Under the pieces are notes generated by a model, which was not told where the DNA came from, did not search any database, and was given only the letters and a program-made list of their open reading frames with translations. DNA of 64,000 nucleotides from Macrostomum lignano (lineage: Eukaryota): positions 1 through 64,000 of the forward strand of contig NIVC01000270.1 in assembly GCA_002269645.1 (NCBI GenBank), in the 5' to 3' direction. Both the position numbers and the translations under genes were made by a program. Positions 1 through 9,200 of this stretch are shown one piece after another. The first letter of the stretch is position 1; each line of letters begins with the position of its first letter.

Positions 1-9
1 GTAGAGTCA

Positions 10-290
10 GTTCTGATCCGGCATTCATCCGGAATTCGTCGCGCGTTTCTCATCCGGTGGAGGCGTGCATACATTTGATCCGGCATTCATCCGCGGAATT
101 TCGTCCGGTTTCTCATCCGGTGGAGCGTGAATACATTTGATCCGGCATTCATCGGAATTTCGTCCGGTTTCTCATCGCGGTGGAGGCGTGAATACATTTG
201 ATCCGGCATTCATCCGGAATTTCGTCCGGTTCTCATCGCGGTGGAGGCGTGCATACATTTGATCCGGCATTCATCCGGAATTTGCTCCGC
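10..290. repeat. ~59-60 bp tandem repeat (about 5 copies) rich in CCGG
   Basis: Unit approx. atacatttgatccggcattcatccggaatttcgtccggtttctcatccggtggaggcgtg; degenerate CCGG-rich sequence continues to ~485. Confidence 0.85.
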
Positions 291-506
291 CCTGTTCTCC
301 GGCGGCTTTCCGGATAGCTTCCCGATGAATTTCCGGACTAATGTTGGTTGAACACCCGGATGGAAGGTCAAATATGCATGTTTTCATCCGGTTTGTAAAC
401 TTTTCATCCGGCTCTCATCCGGTTTTTAAATGGGACATTTGTATTACGTACCGGATGAAATTCCGGACGTCGCTCCGGATGAAACCGGATTACGACAGCC
501 AGGCGG

Positions 507-682
507 GTGGACATGGGATATTTGGACATGGATATTTGGACATGGGATATTTGGACATGGGGTATTCAGACATGGGATATCTGGACATGGATATTTGGAC
601 ATGGGATATTTGGACATGGGATATTTGGACATGGATATTTGGACATGGGATATTTGGACATGGGATATTTGGACATGGATAT
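507..682. repeat. 15-bp minisatellite (ggacatgggatattt)n, left half of an array split by the LTR element
   Basis: Direct tandem copies; the same array resumes at 14050. Confidence 0.95.
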
Positions 683-1257
683 TGAAGTGATCTTAATTTA
701 AGCATGTTATGCCCAATGTTATTTTTTAGTCTAATGCGAACTTCAGAAGGTTTTTCTATCAGGAAAGTACAGCACATGCTTGTGCACCAGTAAAGATCCT
801 ATTGCGTGAAGCGAACACCAATGAAATGCGTTATAGAAATCATATATATACTAGCGTTCAGTGAGAATGAAGCCTCTCTCCAGTTTTCCCGGTTCTCGGC
901 TCTCCGCCTCTTTGCCTCCTCAACTGCTCCGCTAGCTTGCCCCAACAATCGGGCCTGAACTCTAATATCCCGATTTAACAGAGATAAATCCGGACAAACG
1001 TCAATTCGTGCAACAATATCGATAAGTAGCCTGTGGCTCCATTTTCACTGAATTGCTTAACAAATTTGCGTAATTGCGTGATCAATATCCTATTAGGAAT
1101 TGCTACTAACATTGATTAGTAATAAAATCTTGTTGAAGGTTAGAGATCGAGAGAAACAAATCGAACCTCCGACTTATTTGATTCAACAGCAACATCAACG
1201 ATCATAGTCATCGTCAGAGGGGCACACCCCCGCAACACATTATTCTAAAACATTTGA
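683..1257 (+). repeat. 5' LTR (575 bp), TGAAGTG...CATTTGA
   Basis: Matches 13473-14049 except three small indels seen by eye; contains a TATA-like catatatata (~841-850) and AATAAA (~1121). Confidence 0.95.
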
Positions 1258-1258
1258 C

Positions 1259-1270
1259 TGGCTCCCCGAC
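1259..1270 (+). promoter_or_regulatory. Primer-binding site TGGCTCCCCGAC, probably tRNA-Asp(GUC)
   Basis: Starts 1 nt after the 5' LTR; complementary to the recalled invertebrate tRNA-Asp 3' end (...GUCGGGGAGCCA). Confidence 0.75.
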
Positions 1271-3203
1271 CTTGTTTCTCTCCGTAATTTCCTTCAACAT
1301 GCCCGGCTTCAATATGCTGGGGTGAACACCTCCGTGGAGCTGGCTATGAGCTAGTGATGGCATCTTAGAAAGGGTCAGTAAAAAATATAAAAATTAAAAA
1401 ATTACAAAATATAAAAACCAATACAATTTGCAAAACTACAAAAATACTACGTGTATGATTCTCCCAAGCTGTAGAATCGTAGAAAAGATTAGTGTTATTT
1501 AATGTTCTTAAATTTACAACCTCTAATCGCTCTCCCGCTTCGGAGAACCAGCAGCGAACCAGTCCTCAAACCGGTTCCGATGGGAATCCACCCATTCCCA
1601 CTATTTACGCCCTTCTGATATACTTTCTCCGAGTACTTTGCTCGCCTCACCTCAAAGAACGTCAAGTTCACCTTGCTCTTTCTCCACAATCTCACTCTGT
1701 TCTATAAATATCCTGCCTGGGCGACAAATCCCAACCAGGCAACCAGCATTGTCTCAATCCTTTTTCTATTTTTAGCCTCGCAAAACCAGTTCTCGTCCGG
1801 AGAATTCCGCCTTTACTCCGGCTGGTTCACAGCAGATCTGCATCGTTTTTCGTCTTCTGGAAATTCTAGTTCCATTCCGGTCTGCATCAGTTCACAAACC
1901 AGCCTCAACTGGCCTCAGTTCGCCTCACTCAGTTGGCTAAAACGCCCTATCGGCTCCGCGCCTCACTCAGTTGGCTCAACGCCCTACCACAATTCAGCTG
2001 TGATCCGCTCCAGCTCTTCTCTCCGCTGCAATTCTCATCCCCAGGGATAGAAAGTGAGGGAGAATGATTCTGTCACACCGGTGCGACACTCTCAGTACTC
2101 TCAATCTTCTCTTACCCCAGGGAATTCATTTTTGTTTCAATGGCTGCTCCCCCTCCTTGGGCTTTCCCATCAGAAACCCCCATTGTTCTCTAATGGGAAT
2201 AATTTCCGTCCCAAGCTCTTATTTATACTACAATCCGCTTTCCTTCTCCGCAAAGTACAACCTACCACCCTCGTCTACCCATACACCAGCCCTTTAGCCT
2301 TCGCAGTCGTTCAAAATTTCTCAAAACAAAATAAAAATTACGCTGTGATTGCTACCCACCCTCTCCTATTCCCTATTCCTTGTTTCTCAATTTCAAGCAG
2401 CCACATCATTTTTCATGATTAGCAGCGATAAGCCCGCGGCAATTTGTCCTATACACAGGACCTCTACACCTGCCTTCAGGTAATTATAATTCTATTTTAG
2501 TCGGCCGAATCTATTTGTCAATTACACACTTAAACCCAGGACTGGTGCTTGGTTCATGCTCATCGTGTTCCAAGTTTGAAGTTTTGGCACGCCACTCATA
2601 CGCCTCTGCCTTGCTTCCACAGACTTCTGCAGAGTCTCTTTCGTTCCTTTTACAACAAATTCAAATCGCGTACTCAACACGCATCGCCACATCCGCTGGC
2701 ATCTTAACCACAACTCACCAGCTGAGTTTTCAACGCCAATCCGTTCAATCTCAAAGGCATCAATCAACGCGCACATTGCCGCCTCCGCTGAATCTTCTAC
2801 CGAAATCTGTTCAAATTCTAATCAAACTCAATCCAAGGATGAGGCTCAGCTTTTCTTGCTGCTTCTATGAAATATTTTAACCGCTCCACCGCTGAGCTAT
2901 ATTATAATTAGTACAGGCGCATCAGCCGACTCTACTCAGTTCTACTTTATACAACTGTTCAACACTTGCTCAAAATTGCTCTAAACTCACACTTTTGATA
3001 ATGATACTACAGCTACCGAAGCTCTACATATTGAAAATTTGCTTATATAAAACAAAAAACTGACCCTGGATAGATGACCGCAAATCACGCTCAGATGCTA
3101 TTGCTTCACGCTATTTCAAATCTTTATTGTTACAAAATTGCGGATTATTTTCAACTCTTAATTGCAAGACCACTCGAAGTAAACCCATTCCACAGATCAT
3201 TGC

Positions 3204-6200
3204 ATGAAATTGCGTTCTGGTACCCAACTCGGACAACAACAACAACAAGAGCCGCCTGCAATATCCACACCAAATTCTGCCAGTGTCGCTGAAAATCCTA
3301 TTGATATTTCTGGTGATTCTACTGGCTTTTGTGGACATTCTACTGGTATTGGTGGACATTCTACTGGCATTGGAGGACACCATACTGACGACACCCAACA
3401 GCAACTAACACAAACAGCTACCCCAGCTACATTTTGCCATCTACCTGGCCTCCATCAAGAAAACACTGCCATCGGCACCAGAGACGAAGAACAACCTTCT
3501 GAGTTGTACGAGCAGCAACAAGAACAACATCCTCCACAGCCACTTCTGCAACCTGATCATTTGAATCAAAATAACGCCAATATCCAGGAAACTGAGAGCA
3601 ACGTTACAATGGCAGAAGCACTAATGCAACAATTTATCAATGCTGTGCGAGATCAACAAAGACCACACGCTGCAATCCCAGCTAGTACCATCAACGAGAT
3701 CCGCGAAGGTCTCAAGGAGATAGATCAACTTCATGATTTTGCCTCTTTCATCATGGAGTATGATCTATCAGCGAGAACTTTTAATCTAGATGAAAACTCA
3801 AAGCTTCGCATCTTTCCTCGGCTCCTCAACGATCTCCTAAAGATCGAATATGCCGCTCTACCCGCCGAGACACAAAATGACTACACCCAATTAGTTCGGT
3901 CTCTGTCCGACAGAATAGCGGTACTCACTCTCGGATCCACTTCGGCACTACATCACATCGCCAACCGCCGACAACTCCCGGGTGAGCCATTCATCCAGTA
4001 CTACACGGACATTCGCCGCAAACTTCGTGCCATATACCCAGAAGTCTCGCCACTACCACCCGTGGATGGCGAAAATGCACCGGCTAACCAAGCGGTCATT
4101 GACCAACGAAATGAAATGTTTAACAAAACATTGATCGGCCATATACTAAGTGGCGCTCTACCTCACCTTCGCGTTGAACTACTGCGAAACCCGCTGAATA
4201 CCGAACAACAGCTGCTCAACCAGGCCATTCGCCTTGAACAAATACAGCAGTCTTCACAATTAACGGCCCCAAACAACGTTCCGGCCGATATAGAAAAACG
4301 CCTTGCTGCCTTAGAATGTGGAACCATCAAGCCCAAGCCAATAGTAGCGGCTATTCAAGGCGCTAGCAATACTAGAGAACCACCAACGTGCAAATTCTGC
4401 CACAGGATTGGACACACAACAGATCGATGCTACCAGGATCCTCGAAATGCACGCCAACAAACTGCCAATGCTAGACAACCAAGACAGGCTGACTCTAAGT
4501 GGACACGCAATCAACCGATTCAAGACCGGTACAGACGAGGCTCCGATGATCCTCGCAGCCGAGACACAGGCTCTCCAGCCAAATACTGCCACTTTCACAA
4601 CTCGGACACCCATGATACCGAAGAATGTCGTACCCTACACGATATTAAACAGGGGAGAACAACAAACAATAACCCACAGCGGTATAATCTAGGCCGGCGC
4701 GTACAATTTCAGCGCAACCCCACTCAACGATATCAACGGGAACGCCACTCTGATTCACCAAACCACGGACGTTCCAGAACACCGTCACCGCGCCCTCCTG
4801 CAGCCGGTGTAAACTCAATTCAGGTTGTCTCGAACGACCCCATGCCACAACTGCCGACTATGGACTCGCCTCAACAAATTGTGCCACCGAACAGCACACC
4901 CAGTGCTCCACAGCGTCTCACTGAGGTTCCTGTGGCAAAATCAACGGCTACTCCAACCTATGCTTTGGACAGACCAATTGAGTACAAGTTCCATGGCTCG
5001 ACCAGGCAGTTTAAGAAATTAATCCGCGACAGTCCATCTACACTGTCAGTCATCCACGTTCAACCGTACACTACGCTATCAGCCGCTCAACCAAAGCTAA
5101 GAAAAGATATGCTACGTGCCCAGCGACAGCAGGTACACGTAAAAAGACCACTGTCTCAGCAGAAAGGACGTCGACTAACTGGTCTAACGACGCTTCTCGT
5201 GACACTCATCTGGCTATCGCTATTCCCGACGGTGCAGACAACACCACTGCCATCGAATCCTAAGCAACATCCACTCTACGTGGACACACCAATGCTCTGT
5301 CCATTAGATGGACCCGTGCGCATCTTCAAGATTCCTCAGCAGATCAGATGCGAACAGTTCACGTCGTCACAGGACGTTACGACACCAGTGCACTTACAGC
5401 TCTACTCTACTAACCTGGAGCAAACCAGAACACCAGTCAGCTTATGCTTCCGTGAGGAAATCTCGGTTAATTGCCTCCCAATGAGCCAGGTTCTGCGCTC
5501 TCTCCGTGATGCGTACGTAACCTTACGCCCACTTACAGTCGCCGCACAAGATTGCCAACATTGGACCGAATCATATAACTCACCTGATGGTCAGCTTCAA
5601 CTGGTTGCCACCACTGGAAACTACAAAATCTCTCGCTCCAATACAGGAACCTCCTTCCTCGAAGACTGTTACCATCGCAAGGCACGAACTCAAATAGTTT
5701 CAACACTCATACAAGGGATAATAGCTTTCGCCTCTCCTAGCAAACCAATGGAATCGTTAGCCTTCTCCATGGCACACTGTAGCTATTCATCTCAAGGCTG
5801 CATTATTGAGACAACCTTTGACAACATGAAACGCTATAACCTACCGACAACTCTCCTTCAAAACGCATGGGACACTCTCGACCCACCGGCGACACAACAA
5901 CTGACCGTTACTGGCCAACGAAAACTGACACTTACGTGGAAAACAACAAGCCGTTCGGACTGTATACTCACGCCATTCCGACAAATTCGAGGTAACATAC
6001 ACTCGGGATTCTTCATTAACGAAGAACAGACATTGGCTTTGACCTTTAAATTGCCGCTTCAACCCTTCCGCCTTACCTGCTCAATTGGAACGAAACGACT
6101 ATATGTTTCCGAACAAGAACTGTACGTTGAAGTGCTCGACAACAGAGAAGAAGACTTCTTAAAGTCAATCGCGATTGTGCAATCTACAGCTGATGACACC

Positions 6201-9200
6201 ACGAGCAACACAACACGCTCTGTCAAAGCCGCGGATGCTTTAACAGCTGACAGCAGCTCATCTTCTCGACAGAGCCGTTCACTACCTGACTTATTGGCTA
6301 CCACAGAACAACCGTCAACCACACCGATTCCGACGACAGTTCAAGCTCCAACTATTACGTCTCTACCCTCACAGCAGACGCTTGATACAGCTTCACCTAC
6401 ATCCGAGCCTACTGTCACTACCACTACAATTAAAAAATCTACTACCACACCTCTAAATCTGGAAATTACAACTCCACCAACTACGACAATAGCGACTAGT
6501 ACAGTTCAAACACCCACAACAACGATGTCGCTTAGAAAACCTCAACACACTACATCTCTTCAACTTAAGTCTACAACTCTACCAACGACAGTAGCCACAA
6601 CTACAGTTACGTCGTATAGTCCGCTAACTACGAAAACGACGACATCTACCGGTATTACCACCGAACAACTAACTCCTGGACCTATGTCTACAACACCTAC
6701 TACCATACTGGAACCTGATCCTCTTAATATACCATACCTACACCGCGACCAACCACCAATGCTGGAACATCAGGACAGAATCCGTCGCGCGATTCCACCT
6801 CCAGACAAAACAGTCAACATCACCAACGCTGAACTCAAGCTATCAGAAAACCTCGTTTCGGCACAGCTTCTCTCCAGTCAACTACAAGGACTTCAATCGA
6901 AGACTCTACTCGATCTCAAGAAACTACACACTCAACTGACGACTACGCAGTGCAAGATGTACGCTTTGAATCTTCGCTATAGTCGCAACCTATACTATAC
7001 CAATCCGACACTAGCTGCGCGTCAATTATTCGCTGACAAATTCATTTATGCGCACTCCATCGCTGGCTACATCTTTGTTCACCAATGTAAGCCACTAAGT
7101 CAGTTCCAGTTCGTTCAACCGCGATACTCACGAGACGAATGCTACACAAGACCACCGATACAATTTCAACTCCACAATAAGTCTGTTCTCGGATTCCTCG
7201 ATACAACGACATCGATCATCTCAACAGCAAGACCACCACTAATATCCTGCCGTTACCTACGAGACTACTATCTTCCAAAGGGTGAATTCATCTACAAAGC
7301 CACAGCCAACTTCAGCTCCTTTAGTCCGATAGAAGCACAAAATAGATCCGACGAAACCTACCTCCTACAGTCCTTATACTCCGACATTAGACAGAGTATC
7401 TTCACGCCACTTGGAGACGTCAACTACAGCGCTTTACGATCACCAGTAACAATAACTGACATGATGGAAAGTTTCATCCAAACACGTGATTTTCTAATCA
7501 CTGTCTTTAAACTAAACAACGCTACTGGACGTCTCCACAAGGATGAATTCAAGCAGTTTGGCCTAAACGCCTTGGAAGCTTACCAGAATCTTTGGACATC
7601 TACCTTCTTCAGTTGGGAAAGATTCCAACAGAATCATATGGAGAAGTTTCTGTTCAGTTCTGCTGTAATTGTCTACGCTGCACTACTAATTTTCCTTTGC
7701 AACATTGGTCGAATCTGCGTTGCCAACACACTAACTTATGGTCGAACACACCGCCTTATGGTAATGCGAACGACCGACCCATCACCGCAACAAAACCGGA
7801 GCCCACAGCGACTTCCTACTACCTCCGACCACGTGTCGTTAGTACCATTAGTACTTACTTCGCCCTCTAGGAGAAACACAAAGGCGACAGCCCCATCAGC
7901 TCCACCTATGGAACTCGAAGAACGACAGCCAGCTATACCGTCTACTTCTTCACGGACAGATTCAAGACTCTACCCGACACTTCAACACTGGCCGGTTGCC
8001 TACAACACCGTCTTGAAACATCTTACGATGCGAACCCTCATCACGCTCTGGTGCACAAGCCCAAGAATGACCAAATGCAAGTGCACCGCGCTGATTGATA
8101 GTGGCGCCTCTATCTCTTGCGTTTCACCTACCTTCGCACAGAAACTACAGGCTGACATTTTACCCTGTAAAATACGCGTTCAATGTGCAGGAGGACAACT
8201 TCTTAACGTAACTAAACAGGCTAAATTTAGTATGATCATCGGATCATCAAATCGGAAAATCACAGCTTACATATTGGAGGCTATGCCACCCGATTATGAT
8301 CTAATTCTCGGTGTCGAAACCTTTAAATCCCTTGGCATACCACTGTCCATTGACTACGCCAAGTCAGAAGCACAAATCGATGGCACTTCGTTTCCCATAT
8401 TGAATACTTACACAGCAACTGAGGTCGCTGAAGTCTACTTGCCAAAGCAGACTCACATACCCGCTCAATCTACCACCTGGATACAGGCGAATATCGACAC
8501 GACCTATCCAAAGCGCCAGCCTGTCCTATTCATACCAAAGGATCATACTATTCAACGCTATAAGCTCTTAATCGCAAGCTGCTTGACGCTTACAGATGAA
8601 ACGGGTAATTCGATCCTCATACAGATCGCTAACCCTTCACTACAGCCAGTAACACTCTATGCTCAAACACGATTAGGCAGTCTGTCCGATCCCGCGGAAT
8701 ATACACCTGTTACTTCAAAACCTACAGCAACAGTCAATACCATCTCTACCTCGCACGCACGACCTGAGACCGACCGCCAGCTAATTGAACAACAAACACG
8801 GCCTAACAATTCGCATCTGACACCCGAACAAGCTACGAGACTGTGCGACCTACTTTTAGAGTACCGAGATACGCTGGCTCTGTTACCTACGGATATGGGA
8901 TGCACTACTCAATATACCGCCACAATTAACGTTCAACCACATACGCATCCAATTACATCGCGACCTTTTCCGATTGCACATGGTCTTCAAGAGCGTTTTG
9001 ACCAACTGATCGAGAATTTCATCCACAAAGGAATACTCAGCCCTAGCGAGTCGGAATACTCAAGCCCATGTCTACTGGTCGAAAAGAAGACACTTGATGA
9101 ACAAGGACGCCGCCAATTGCGTCTTGTCGTTGACTTTCGCCGTCTCAACCGAATTCTAACAACACCAAGCATACGCCCGCCACGTATACCGGACCTCCTA

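Noticed and set aside
1246-1252. Canonical CA end for the large element's LTR at 1252/14044
   Set aside because: Both copies continue identically for TTTGA, and only the GA end gives a clean ATAT TSD and a PBS 1 nt away.
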